A DNA stretch of 64,000 nt. Origin: Bacillota bacterium. Its GTDB lineage: Bacteria; Bacillota; Clostridia; Christensenellales; SZUA-584. The notes under the pieces were generated by a model. The model was not told where the DNA came from. It saw nothing but the letters and a program-made list of their open reading frames with translations, and ran no database searches. The stretch is from contig JAEYPO010000038.1 in the NCBI GenBank assembly GCA_023410595.1, positions 18,220 through 82,219 of the forward strand. The letters run 5' to 3'. This document shows positions 38,853-47,618 of the stretch, one piece after another. Every line of letters starts with the position of its first letter. The stretch's first letter is position 1. The position numbers and the translations under genes are program-made.

Positions 38853-40304
38853 ATGATTATTCTATATGCCGTGCTGGCGATATTGCTGATGCTAGCGGCT
38901 ATAATGGCGGTAAATACAGTATCGGGAAGGCCAAAAAAAGAACAGACCGCGAAGCCCGAGCCGCCGCTGCTGGATAAGGAAAAGATTGCGCATAACCTTT
39001 CGGGCATGATAAGGATAAAGACAATTACGTCGGAATCAATGGAGGGCATAGACAGTGAAGCCTTCCTTTCGTTCCATCAATACCTGAAGGATACATATCC
39101 GCTCGTTCATAAAACGCTTGAACAGGAAACCATAAACGAATACGCGCTGCTCTACAAATGGAAAGGCGAAGACAAAGTCGACAAACCGTTCCTTATGATG
39201 GCGCATATGGACGTCGTGCCGGTCGATGAAAGGACGGCGGACAAGTGGGAGCATGAAGCGTTTTCGGGGGACATAGCGGACGGGTATGTGTGGGGCCGCG
39301 GTACGATAGACATGAAAGGCCAGCTTGCCGCCATAATGGAAAGCGTAGAGTATCTGCTCGGCCAGGGCTTCACGCCAAAGAGGGACATATATATAGCGCT
39401 CGGGTTTGACGAGGAGCGCATGGGAACGCTGGGCGCTAAGAACACTGCAAAGCTGCTGGAGGAAAGAGGCGTCCGATTAGCCTTTGTGTTAGACGAAGGC
39501 GGCGTTTTTATGGACGGCTCTGACATAGGCATAAACGGCAGGATAGCATCCATAGGCATATGCGAGAAGGGCTACACCGATATAAAGCTAACAGCCGAGT
39601 CCGCGGGAGGGCACTCCTCGCTGCCCCCGAAGCAGACTGCGGCAGGCGCGCTTTCAAAAGCTGTAGTAGCGCTCGAAAAGCACCAGATGAAGCCTTCTCT
39701 TAATGAGGCGCTAAGGCTGATGCTTGAAAAGGCGGGGGGTTACATGAGGTTCCCGAGGAACGTCATCGCCGCCAATCTGCTCCTTGCGAAGCCACTGCTC
39801 ATTAGAGGGCTTTTATCAAACCCGATTGGAGCGGCAGCGGTGCGCACCACTACCGCGCCTACGATGCTTAAGGGGTCTTCCGCGCCCAATGTGCTGGCAG
39901 AAAAGGCGGAGGCCGTCGTTAACTTTCGCTTAGCGCCGGACGACGATATGGACAAGCTTTTAAGACATGTAAGAAAGACCGTGGGAAGCGGCATAAAAGT
40001 GGAGGTGCTCGTGCCTCCGCATCCGTCAAAGGTTTCAAGTATTGAGAGCGAAGCGTACGGCATAATAGAGCGTACGGCAAAGGAAATTTTCGACGGGTTC
40101 ATCATAACGCCGTACCTGATGGTAGCCACGACGGATTCGCGGTGGTTTTCTCATATATCTGACGGCGTATACCTGTTTGAGCCGTTCCGTTCGCTCTGCG
40201 ACGATTATCATAAAATACATACGGCGAACGAGAGACTCTGCATAGATTCTTTATGCGAAGGTGTGGAGTTCTTTATTCGTCTTGTAAAAAGAGCGGCGGG
40301 ATGA
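38853..40304 (+). CDS. M20 family metallopeptidase with N-terminal TM anchor
   Basis: MMAHMDVVPV, WGRGTIDMKG, LGFDEE metal/catalytic motifs; HTANERL near the C-terminus. Confidence 0.8.
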   Translation: MIILYAVLAILLMLAAIMAVNTVSGRPKKEQTAKPEPPLLDKEKIAHNLSGMIRIKTITSESMEGIDSEAFLSFHQYLKDTYPLVHKTLEQETINEYALLYKWKGEDKVDKPFLMMAHMDVVPVDERTADKWEHEAFSGDIADGYVWGRGTIDMKGQLAAIMESVEYLLGQGFTPKRDIYIALGFDEERMGTLGAKNTAKLLEERGVRLAFVLDEGGVFMDGSDIGINGRIASIGICEKGYTDIKLTAESAGGHSSLPPKQTAAGALSKAVVALEKHQMKPSLNEALRLMLEKAGGYMRFPRNVIAANLLLAKPLLIRGLLSNPIGAAAVRTTTAPTMLKGSSAPNVLAEKAEAVVNFRLAPDDDMDKLLRHVRKTVGSGIKVEVLVPPHPSKVSSIESEAYGIIERTAKEIFDGFIITPYLMVATTDSRWFSHISDGVYLFEPFRSLCDDYHKIHTANERLCIDSLCEGVEFFIRLVKRAAG

Positions 40305-40370
40305 TAGTATAAATACTATATACTTACATGCTTTACGGAATCATCTATAATTTTTGGTAGGAGGTAGCCC

Positions 40371-41246
40371 ATGAACGATTATGTTATAGCAACAGATTCG
40401 GATACAGAGATACCCTATACGTTTGCCGACGAGCACAATATACCGGTTTTCTTGATGCCCTACACGGTTAACGGCGAAGAGAAATTGTTTGATCTTGGCA
40501 GGAATACGGATTTTGTCGGGTTTTATGAAGGCCTGAAGAACGGTGACGACGCCATCACGTCCACGCGCCCGCCTGCTGATATCGAAGATTTCTTCCGGGA
40601 TATAATTAAAGACGGCAAAGAGCTGCTGTACCTCTCTTTTTCTTCCGCGCTTTCGGGACATTACGAGCTTACGCTGATGGCAAAGAACAACGTTGAGGAG
40701 GACTACCCGAACGCAAGGATAGAGGTAGTGGACACCCGCAGGATATCCATGGGAGCAGGCATACTTGTTATGCGGGCGCAGGCGCTCAAAGAGCAGGGAA
40801 AAACACTCGACGAGATAAAAGACTGGGTTGTTGGCAACAAGGACAAGGCGCATGCGTGGTTTTCGGTTGACGACTTAAACTATCTCAAAAAGGGTGGAAG
40901 GCTTTCGAGCACGGCGGCCGCGCTGGGTACCATACTTGATGTTAAACCAATCCTCACCATCAACAGAGAAGGAAAACTGATAGTTGTAGATAAAATGAAG
41001 GGCACAAAGAAAGTGCTGAAGTATTTCCTGAACGTCATACAGGAAAACGTCGAAAACCCGGAAGAGCAGACGGCATACGTGCTTCATGCAAACGACATGG
41101 AAAACGCCGTAAAGCTGAGAGAGCTCGTAAAGGAGAACGTACCTTTTAAGGAAGTTATAATTCAGGACGTCGGTCCTGTTATAGGGTGCCACGCGGGGCC
41201 GGGGACGCTCGCAGTAATATTCATGGGTAAAGAGCAGCTAATTTAA
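40371..41246 (+). CDS. DegV family fatty-acid-binding protein
   Basis: VIATDSDTEIP...; SSALSGHYE; VVDTRRIS.GAG; CHAGPGTLAVIF C-terminus. Confidence 0.9.
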   Translation: MNDYVIATDSDTEIPYTFADEHNIPVFLMPYTVNGEEKLFDLGRNTDFVGFYEGLKNGDDAITSTRPPADIEDFFRDIIKDGKELLYLSFSSALSGHYELTLMAKNNVEEDYPNARIEVVDTRRISMGAGILVMRAQALKEQGKTLDEIKDWVVGNKDKAHAWFSVDDLNYLKKGGRLSSTAAALGTILDVKPILTINREGKLIVVDKMKGTKKVLKYFLNVIQENVENPEEQTAYVLHANDMENAVKLRELVKENVPFKEVIIQDVGPVIGCHAGPGTLAVIFMGKEQLI

Positions 41247-41261
41247 ATATTATTATCATAC

Positions 41262-41284
41262 AGCCGGGCAACCGGCTTTTTTAT
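41262..41284 (+). terminator. Intrinsic terminator
   Basis: AGCCGGgcaaCCGGCTTTTTTATTT after the DegV gene. Confidence 0.75.
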
Positions 41285-41338
41285 TTGACATTGCGCCGTT
41301 TTACTTTGCAGGTGCTATAATATACTCGGGTGATAAGT

Positions 41339-42055
41339 ATGAGCGAAAACAGATTGCAGAAATTAATAAAAGGGAGCGGCAATATCGTATTTTTCGGAGG
41401 CGCGGGAGTGTCTACCGAGAGCGGGATACCCGACTTTCGCAGCGCGGACGGGCTTTACAAACAGAAGTACAAATATCCGCCCGAGAAGATATTGAGCCAC
41501 AGTTTTTTTGAAACGCACACCGACGAATTCTATGAGTACTACCGGGACAAGATACTTTACCTAGACGCAAAGCCGGGCAGGGCTCATGCAAAGCTCGCCG
41601 AGCTTGAGAAGGCGGGAAAGCTGAAAGCCGTCATAACGCAGAACATAGACGGGCTGCACCAGAAAGCGGGCAGTCAAAGCGTGCTCGAACTGCACGGCTC
41701 GGTGTACCGCAACTATTGCCAAAGGTGCGGACGGCATTACGATGTTGAATATATACAACGCGGCTCCGGCGTTCCGAAATGCGAATGCGGCGGAGTTATA
41801 AGGCCGGACGTCGTGCTTTATGAAGAGGGCCTCGACCAATCGGTGCTTGAGGCGGCTATAGGCTATATATATAACGCCGATATGCTGATAGTCGGGGGGA
41901 CGTCGCTGGCCGTGTTTCCCGCGGCGGGGCTCATAGAATATTACGGCGGAGATAAGCTTGTGCTTATCAACAAAACGCCTACGCCGTATGACGGAAGAGC
42001 CGACCTTGTGATTAACGGCAGCATAGGCGACGTGCTGGGAACGGTAACACTTTAA
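41339..42055 (+). CDS. cobB: NAD-dependent protein deacylase (Sir2 family)
   Basis: FFGGAGVSTESGIPDFRS, QNIDGLH, LHGS, zinc ribbon C..C...(n)..C.CGG, GTSL.V.PAA. Confidence 0.9.
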   Translation: MSENRLQKLIKGSGNIVFFGGAGVSTESGIPDFRSADGLYKQKYKYPPEKILSHSFFETHTDEFYEYYRDKILYLDAKPGRAHAKLAELEKAGKLKAVITQNIDGLHQKAGSQSVLELHGSVYRNYCQRCGRHYDVEYIQRGSGVPKCECGGVIRPDVVLYEEGLDQSVLEAAIGYIYNADMLIVGGTSLAVFPAAGLIEYYGGDKLVLINKTPTPYDGRADLVINGSIGDVLGTVTL

Positions 42056-42107
42056 TTAATATAATACCCCTAAACAATAAAGCCCTTATGTACGGTATTG
42101 CGGATTA

Positions 42108-42773
42108 TCAAACGGCCTTTGCTTCGTCGATGCGGATTATCGAGTTGACGGCTATATCGAATACCGCCCTTACAGCCTGCGGTTCTATGTTTTCGATAGT
42201 ATCGTTAAGCGTGTGATAAACGTGCCCCTGGTCGAACAGGGAAGCGGACATGGCGATTATGGACGTTGCCGCGATGCCCGCCCTGGCAAACGGCGCGGCG
42301 TCCGTGCCCGAACCCAGCGGAAGTGTCACTTTCTTCGGCGTATATCCTAGAGCGGCGGCCGCGTCGAGGCATATGTCCGCAAGAGGCTTTGAAAGCTTAG
42401 TGAACCCTTGCCTGTCGCGCAGCATGACCGCAAGCTCGCTTTGCTTGTATATGCTGTCGCAGAGAAAGAAATGAATATATCCATACGCGAAGGCAATGGC
42501 GCATAGTACGGCTGCTACGAAGCAGAATACGCCGCCGAGGGTAAGCAGCGGCAAAGACAGTATATACGCGGCGCCCATGACTCTTGCTATATTGAACTGC
42601 GATCCGGGATGCATGATAAAACGCTCTTTGCGCACATGGCAGAATTGCTCCATGTATTCCGATAAATCATCCGCCGCGCTTATAGCGTTCTGCGAACAAA
42701 GGCTCCACAATATTCCACCGGCATCAATAATTGATAATATTATATTATATTTAACATTTATTAATAGTATCAT
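42108..42773 (-). CDS. M28-family peptidase C-terminal fragment fused to a hydrophobic N-terminal region (possible gene remnant)
   Basis: Only the last part of an M28-like fold is present (GSGTDAAPFARAGIAA...HVYHTLNDTIENI). The upstream metal ligand motifs are absent. The N-terminal 70 codons are AT-rich/hydrophobic, and the true start is unclear. Confidence 0.35.
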   Translation of the reverse strand: MILLINVKYNIILSIIDAGGILWSLCSQNAISAADDLSEYMEQFCHVRKERFIMHPGSQFNIARVMGAAYILSLPLLTLGGVFCFVAAVLCAIAFAYGYIHFFLCDSIYKQSELAVMLRDRQGFTKLSKPLADICLDAAAALGYTPKKVTLPLGSGTDAAPFARAGIAATSIIAMSASLFDQGHVYHTLNDTIENIEPQAVRAVFDIAVNSIIRIDEAKAV

Positions 42774-42834
42774 CTTAAAGTAATTCCGTGTATGCAGCGT
42801 GCACCGGAGAAATATTTTGACCGCGCGTGTTTTA

Positions 42835-42843
42835 TGCTATAAT
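42835..42843 (+). promoter_or_regulatory. Putative extended -10 promoter (TGcTATAAT) with TTGACC 15 nt upstream
   Basis: TTGACC at 42817..42822; TGCTATAAT at 42835..42843. This would give a leader of about 150 nt before the DUF2992 start. Confidence 0.4.
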
Positions 42844-42849
42844 ATCAAT

Positions 42850-42991
42850 ATCGGAGAGGTAAAAACACAGTGCGGTAGGTAGTCCGCACACGCTCTGCCG
42901 CCTTAAAACACAAGGCTTTACAAGGCGGTTTAGCGCCAGTAACCTTCCGCTTTTTGCGGCTGTCCAATCTCTTCTGTTTCACGTACGTGAA
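42850..42991 (+). ncRNA. Structured 5' leader, candidate yjdF-type riboswitch
   Basis: GGAGAG (42853..42858) can pair with CTCTTC (42969..42974), enclosing three hairpins (42870..42889, 42897..42929, 42947..42959). The downstream gene is DUF2992/YjdF-like, the classic context of the yjdF motif. I did not match it to a consensus. Confidence 0.35.
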
Positions 42992-43003
42992 ATGGAGGAG
43001 CTT

Positions 43004-43429
43004 ATGTATAAATCGGAAGTAACTTTAAGCGTATTCTACAACGGGCAGTTTTTTACGGCGCTTTTTGAAAGGAATGACGAGACGGGCTATTCCGTTTGCC
43101 AAAGATATTTTGCGGCCCGCCCTTCGGATAATGAAATTCTTTGGTTTATTCTTGACGGTTATTATTTGCTTCGTTTCAGTTTGCCCTCTGTTGAGGATAA
43201 TAGTGATATATTAAAGCTTGTAAAGAACCCAAAAAAGCGGCAGCGCGAAGCTGCAAACGCGAATAAAAACGTCGGCGCCTCTACAAAAGCACAAAAAGCG
43301 CTTAAGCTGCAGCACGAAGAGCATAAGGATGCTTTAAGAACAAAACACAGCAGCGATAAAAGGTACGCGGCGGATGAAAAATACGAATTGCGGGTAATTA
43401 AACGCAAACAAAAGCACAGAGGCAAATAG
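43004..43429 (+). CDS. DUF2992 (YjdF-like) protein
   Basis: VTLSVFYNGQFFTALFERNDETGYSVC..YF...PSD.EI..FIL..Y plus a lysine-rich C-terminal tail, as in YjdF-family proteins. Start at the ATG behind GGAGGAG. Confidence 0.7.
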   Translation: MYKSEVTLSVFYNGQFFTALFERNDETGYSVCQRYFAARPSDNEILWFILDGYYLLRFSLPSVEDNSDILKLVKNPKKRQREAANANKNVGASTKAQKALKLQHEEHKDALRTKHSSDKRYAADEKYELRVIKRKQKHRGK

Positions 43430-43488
43430 AATAAAGGGCTAAAAGACAGAACATATCATACGACGCCAAACAATATCGGGAGGTATAC

Positions 43489-44478
43489 ATGAAAAAGCTG
43501 GCAGCGGCAGCCATGATAATTATTACCGCGCTTATAATATGCGCCTGCGGGGAGGCGCCCGTTGGGGCGCAGGCCACGGCAAGCGCGTCTGCTTCGGCTT
43601 CCGCTGCTGACGACAGCGCGGCAAAGGCAGATATAGGCTTCAGCCTTGCAGACAGAGGAGCGTTCAGCGACAAGCTGATAGAGGATATAGAAAGCGAATG
43701 CGCTTCTCTTAAATTAATGGCGAGCGTTGCCGAAGCCGCGAGCGTCGAGCAGCAGCGGGAGGACATAAGCGAGATGCTCAACGCGAAACCTTCCGTGATA
43801 GTAGTTGATCCTGTGGACGTCGATTCACTGGAAACGGAGCTTGCGGAATGCGACACTCACAATGTGCAGGTAATAAACGCCGTCAATCCTGTGAACGGAA
43901 ACGTAAGCATGCTGATATCCCCAAACTATACTACGATAGGCGAAAAAGCGGGACAGTGCGCGCTTGAAGCGCTCGCGTCCGGCGGGGGATGCATGCTGCT
44001 TGGCACGGAATACGACAGCTTCACGATGCAGCTTATGACGGACGGGTTCAATTCAAAGATCGGGGGAAACAGCAGCATATCAGTCGTGTCCGAGCAGTTC
44101 TGCGGCACGGACGAGGAAGAGGCATACGAAACCGTAAAATCCGAGCTTACAAAAGATATAGCGTTCATATTCGCACAAGGCCCGGAGCTGGGAAGGGGCG
44201 CGATACGCGCGGCGCAGGAATCGGGCAAAGATGTTAAAATAGCGGTGTTCGGCGGGGATATGGATATAATCGGCGCCGTGTCGTCCGGCGAGGCCTATGC
44301 CGCCATATTCTGCGGGCCGGGCGCGCTCGCGCGCGAGGCGGTATCGCAGGCGAGCCAGTTTTTAGCCTCCGAGTCATACGTTCCTCCCCAGTATTCGGAG
44401 ATACCGGTAGCCGTCGTTAAGCAGGCCGACGCGCCTTCTTATTACGCTGAAGGCGAAATATACGCGGAAGCGAATTAA
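43489..44478 (+). CDS. Lipoprotein, periplasmic-binding-protein type I (sugar-binding/LacI-like fold), orphan
   Basis: Lipobox-like LIICAC after a signal peptide, Ala/Ser linker, then alternating beta-alpha pattern (VIVVDPVD, VQVINAVN, IAFIFAQGPELGRGAIRAAQESGKDVKIAVFGGD). Confidence 0.65.
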   Translation: MKKLAAAAMIIITALIICACGEAPVGAQATASASASASAADDSAAKADIGFSLADRGAFSDKLIEDIESECASLKLMASVAEAASVEQQREDISEMLNAKPSVIVVDPVDVDSLETELAECDTHNVQVINAVNPVNGNVSMLISPNYTTIGEKAGQCALEALASGGGCMLLGTEYDSFTMQLMTDGFNSKIGGNSSISVVSEQFCGTDEEEAYETVKSELTKDIAFIFAQGPELGRGAIRAAQESGKDVKIAVFGGDMDIIGAVSSGEAYAAIFCGPGALAREAVSQASQFLASESYVPPQYSEIPVAVVKQADAPSYYAEGEIYAEAN

Positions 44479-44498
44479 CCTTATGTTGACGCACATTC

Positions 44499-44746
44499 AA
44501 CCGGCTTTAAGCCGGTTCAGCCCGATGACAAACCGCCTAATTACACGTTTGTCATCGGGTCTTGCTCAGCCTGTACCTCCGGTACGGGCGGCTAGGCTCT
44601 TCTGTGAGAATTTTATGAATTAACGTTCGCCCTTCACTGGCAGAGTCCAGATGAAGGGCATTTTAATATTCGGGTTTTAGTTTTATTTTTCCTGTTCGTT
44701 TTTCAGATAGAAACCTTGTTAACAAGCTGTACCGGCTTTAAGCCGG
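44499..44746 (+). repeat. 248-bp hairpin-bracketed intergenic element, copy 2
   Basis: ACCGGCTTTAAGCCGG occurs at both ends (44500..44515 and 44731..44746). The 208-nt core is the reverse complement of the copy-1 core with scattered substitutions. Only the distal hairpin is followed by a T-run. Confidence 0.85.
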
Positions 44747-44911
44747 ATTTTTTGTTTATTCCCTCTGGCGGTTATTCATTCCGAACGGCAGAACGCAATA
44801 AACATATAATGATTATGAAAAACAAAGCGCAAAAAGCGCATGCTTATAAAGCAAAGCTGCAGTGCTTAAGTTAATGTCCGGTGAATATATTTATATACGG
44901 GTGGTGATAGT

Positions 44912-45517
44912 ATGCTGAAAAGAAAGAGCAGCTTTAAAAAACTTCTTGTTACGAATCTGGCGCTTGCCGCGATAATCGCTTTTGTGTATCTGTCGGCGTT
45001 CTCCGCATATCCCGCGCTGTTTATGCGCGGGCCTGTGATGAAGGGGAATACTAATGGAGACAACGTAGCGCTGCAGATCGCCGCCGATGAGAACAGCGAC
45101 ATTGCTTTGTACATGGACGCTTTGGACAGTTTGGGCGTAAAGGCTACGTTTTTCTTTTCAGAGCAGCAGTATTCGCAAAACAGCGGTATTTTAAGGCAGG
45201 TGCTTAGCAGGGGAAACGGTATCGGCTATTACCCGTGCAAGGAAAGCGGGCAAAGACTTATGCTGTATATAGGCGGGGGGTATAATATACCTGTGATGAG
45301 TTACTTAAGCGGCAGCCAGGTGCTGCAGGTTTGTCCGTCTATCGACGTTGAAAAGCTGCAGAGCAAAGACGACTGGCAGCAGGTTTTCAGCGAGAGCCTG
45401 CTGGGCGACATGTTTATATACACAAACGCCGACAACAATTTGGCGGATTTCGAAAAAGTAGTACAAATTGTGCTGAATAAAGGTTATACTATCCTAAAGA
45501 TGGATGAAATGCTGTAG
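44912..45517 (+). CDS. NodB-homology (polysaccharide deacetylase-like) protein, degenerate; YlxY-like position
   Basis: TM anchor, then NVALQIAADE...LDSLGVKATFFF, which resembles the NodB N-terminal motifs but without the canonical TFDDG. Synteny with the M16 peptidase and dpaAB matches ylxY-mlpA-...-spoVFAB of Bacillus. Confidence 0.5.
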   Translation: MLKRKSSFKKLLVTNLALAAIIAFVYLSAFSAYPALFMRGPVMKGNTNGDNVALQIAADENSDIALYMDALDSLGVKATFFFSEQQYSQNSGILRQVLSRGNGIGYYPCKESGQRLMLYIGGGYNIPVMSYLSGSQVLQVCPSIDVEKLQSKDDWQQVFSESLLGDMFIYTNADNNLADFEKVVQIVLNKGYTILKMDEML

Positions 45518-45533
45518 AGGAGACATACAACGG

Positions 45534-46805
45534 ATGATAAAAACGCTGGACAACGGCATAAGGATAATCGCAGAGAAGATGGATTACAATTCGGTGGCGG
45601 TAGGCATATGGGTAAAGACGGGGTCCACATGCGAGACGCCCGAAGAAAACGGCATATCGCATTTGATAGAGCACATGCTGTTTAAAGGAACAGAAAAGCG
45701 CACCGCCAAGCAGATCGCGGTCGATATGGACATGATAGGCGGACAACTCAACGCTTTTACGTCCAAGGAATGCACTTGCTATCATGCCCGGGTAACGCCC
45801 GATAAGCTTGAGGTGGCCGTGGACGTGCTCACCGATTTATTTCAGAACTCGACGCTGGACTCAGGCGAGCTCGAGAAAGAAAAGGGCGTGGTGATAGAAG
45901 AGATAGCCATGGTCAACGACAACGTCGAAGAACTTGCGCACGAAAAGATATCCGAGCTGTTCTTTACGGGCAGCACGCTGTCCCAGCCCATACTGGGGCC
46001 GGCGGAGAATATACAGCGGTTCAAACGCGACGATCTCGCGGATTATATACAAAGGCACTATTACCCGGCAAACATCGTCATATCCGTAGCTGGGAACTTC
46101 GACGAGCGGCAGATGACGGACATATTGCAGCAGTACATAGGCGGATACCGCCGCGGCGCGAAACAGGAAAAGAGCCGGTGCGACGAGCCGTTTGTGCCGA
46201 CCGTGCGTTCGCTGTTCGTAGAAAAAGACGCCGAGCAGACGCATCTTTGCCTGGGATTCCCCGGCTGCACGTTTGCGGACGACGAACGGTTTTCGCTCGC
46301 GGTGTTAAACAACACGCTGGGCGGCGGCATGAGCTCGCGGCTGTTCCAGTCTATACGCGAGGAGAAGGGGCTTGCATATTCCGTATACTCGTATCCCTCC
46401 ACCTACAGCTTTGGGGGTATGTTCTCGCTTTACGCGGGCACAACGGCCGTAAACGCGGATAACGTCGTTGCGCTGATGAAGCAGGAGATGGACAAGTTAA
46501 AGTCGGAGCGCATAAGCGCGGAAGATTTCAAAATGGGCAAGGATCAGCTTAGGGGCAACTATGTGCTTTCAATGGAGGGCACGAACGCGAAGATGAGCGC
46601 GCTCGGCAAATCGCTGCTGCTGCTTGATGAGGAATACGACGAAAAAGAGACGCTGGGTAAAATTGAGGCAATAACCATTGACAGCGTAAACGCGCTTATA
46701 GATAAGATACTCGACTATTCAAAGATGTCGGCCGTGTTCGCGGGCAAGATAGAAAAGAGAAGCGAGATAGAAGAATTGCTGGAGGGGTTTAATGGACAAG
46801 CTTGA
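45534..46805 (+). CDS. M16 family zinc peptidase (pitrilysin-like; MlpA/YmxG-like)
   Basis: GISHLIEHMLFKGT (HxxEH) and EKGVVIEEI motifs; 423 aa. Confidence 0.85.
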   Translation: MIKTLDNGIRIIAEKMDYNSVAVGIWVKTGSTCETPEENGISHLIEHMLFKGTEKRTAKQIAVDMDMIGGQLNAFTSKECTCYHARVTPDKLEVAVDVLTDLFQNSTLDSGELEKEKGVVIEEIAMVNDNVEELAHEKISELFFTGSTLSQPILGPAENIQRFKRDDLADYIQRHYYPANIVISVAGNFDERQMTDILQQYIGGYRRGAKQEKSRCDEPFVPTVRSLFVEKDAEQTHLCLGFPGCTFADDERFSLAVLNNTLGGGMSSRLFQSIREEKGLAYSVYSYPSTYSFGGMFSLYAGTTAVNADNVVALMKQEMDKLKSERISAEDFKMGKDQLRGNYVLSMEGTNAKMSALGKSLLLLDEEYDEKETLGKIEAITIDSVNALIDKILDYSKMSAVFAGKIEKRSEIEELLEGFNGQA

Positions 46806-47160
46806 GAATATCTTCAGGCATCAGAACATGTTTGATACCGAACTCGCCGAAAGGCGGGGCCTTGGCGGCATATCCATGGAGCAGTGGATACAGAAGGAGA
46901 CGCTTGCCATGCTCTCCGAGCTTGCGGAGCTCATAGACGAGGTCAACTTCAAATGGTGGAAGAATGAAAAACCGGTGGACGCAGACAAGGTTAAGGAAGA
47001 ACTCGTGGACATACTGCATTTCTTTGTGAGCATGTGCCTTAAGGCAGGCATGGACGCTGACGAGCTGCATGAGAGGTATCTCTCCAAGAACAGCGAGAAC
47101 TTTGCGAGGCAGCACGGTAAATCGCTTAAAGAAGGGTATGAGGTAAATGAAGGGGCGTAA
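46792..47160 (+). CDS. All-alpha NTP pyrophosphohydrolase, dimeric dUTPase-like (dUTPase_2/MazG-like)
   Basis: LAMLSELAELIDEV...KWWK....D...VKEELVDILHFFVS pattern of the all-alpha NTP-PPase superfamily. Confidence 0.6.
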   Translation: MDKLENIFRHQNMFDTELAERRGLGGISMEQWIQKETLAMLSELAELIDEVNFKWWKNEKPVDADKVKEELVDILHFFVSMCLKAGMDADELHERYLSKNSENFARQHGKSLKEGYEVNEGA

Positions 47161-47174
47161 ATCTCAATAAAAAC

Positions 47175-47200
47175 GGAGGCTCGCAATGAGCCTCTTTTTT
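47175..47200 (+). terminator. Intrinsic terminator
   Basis: GGAGGCTCgcaaTGAGCCTCTTTTTT. Confidence 0.85.
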
Positions 47201-47401
47201 GATATAAGGCGTCCATAAAAAGCCAGAGGTCTTTTTCAATGTGGTAATCGCAGAAGAAGAACCGTTTAACAATAATACCATACAGATACAGCTTTCCAGT
47301 ATTACTTTTTAAAATAACTGTCGCGTTTTGAGCGCGTAACGACATCATTTCCATTCACCCCTGATATTACATACGCATACTATATCGTGAAACATGTTTA
47401 T

Positions 47402-47606
47402 AACGGGGTCCCCTCGTCGCATTTGCGACGGCCCAAGCCGTGAGGCTTGCCGGTGTAGATAACGGGGTCCCCTCGTCGCTTTGGCGACGGCCCAAGTCGT
47501 GAGGCTTGCCGGTGTAGATGACGGGGTTCCCATAAAGCCAAAAGCTTTATGGGGTGTAAATACGGGGTCCCCAGCAAGTCGTGAGGCTTTATGGGGTGTG
47601 AATTTG
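47402..47606 (+). repeat. Tandem cluster of four GNRA-hairpin repeat units
   Basis: Two 59-nt units lie at 47402..47460 and 47461..47519 with a few substitutions. Two shorter variants follow at 47520..47560 and 47561..47605. All start (A/G)ACGGGGT(C/T)CCC and end GGTGTA(G/A)AT or GGGGTGTGAAT. Confidence 0.9.
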
Positions 47607-47618
47607 GGGGCAGCTTTC

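Noticed and set aside
46821-47354. 177-aa minus ORF starting in the dUTPase-dpaA spacer
   Set aside because: It reads straight through a strong terminator hairpin and then antisense through the dUTPase-like gene. There is no RBS.
47402-47606. Possible CRISPR array
   Set aside because: The repeats are directly abutting with no unique spacers, the units differ in length and content, and no cas genes are present in the window.
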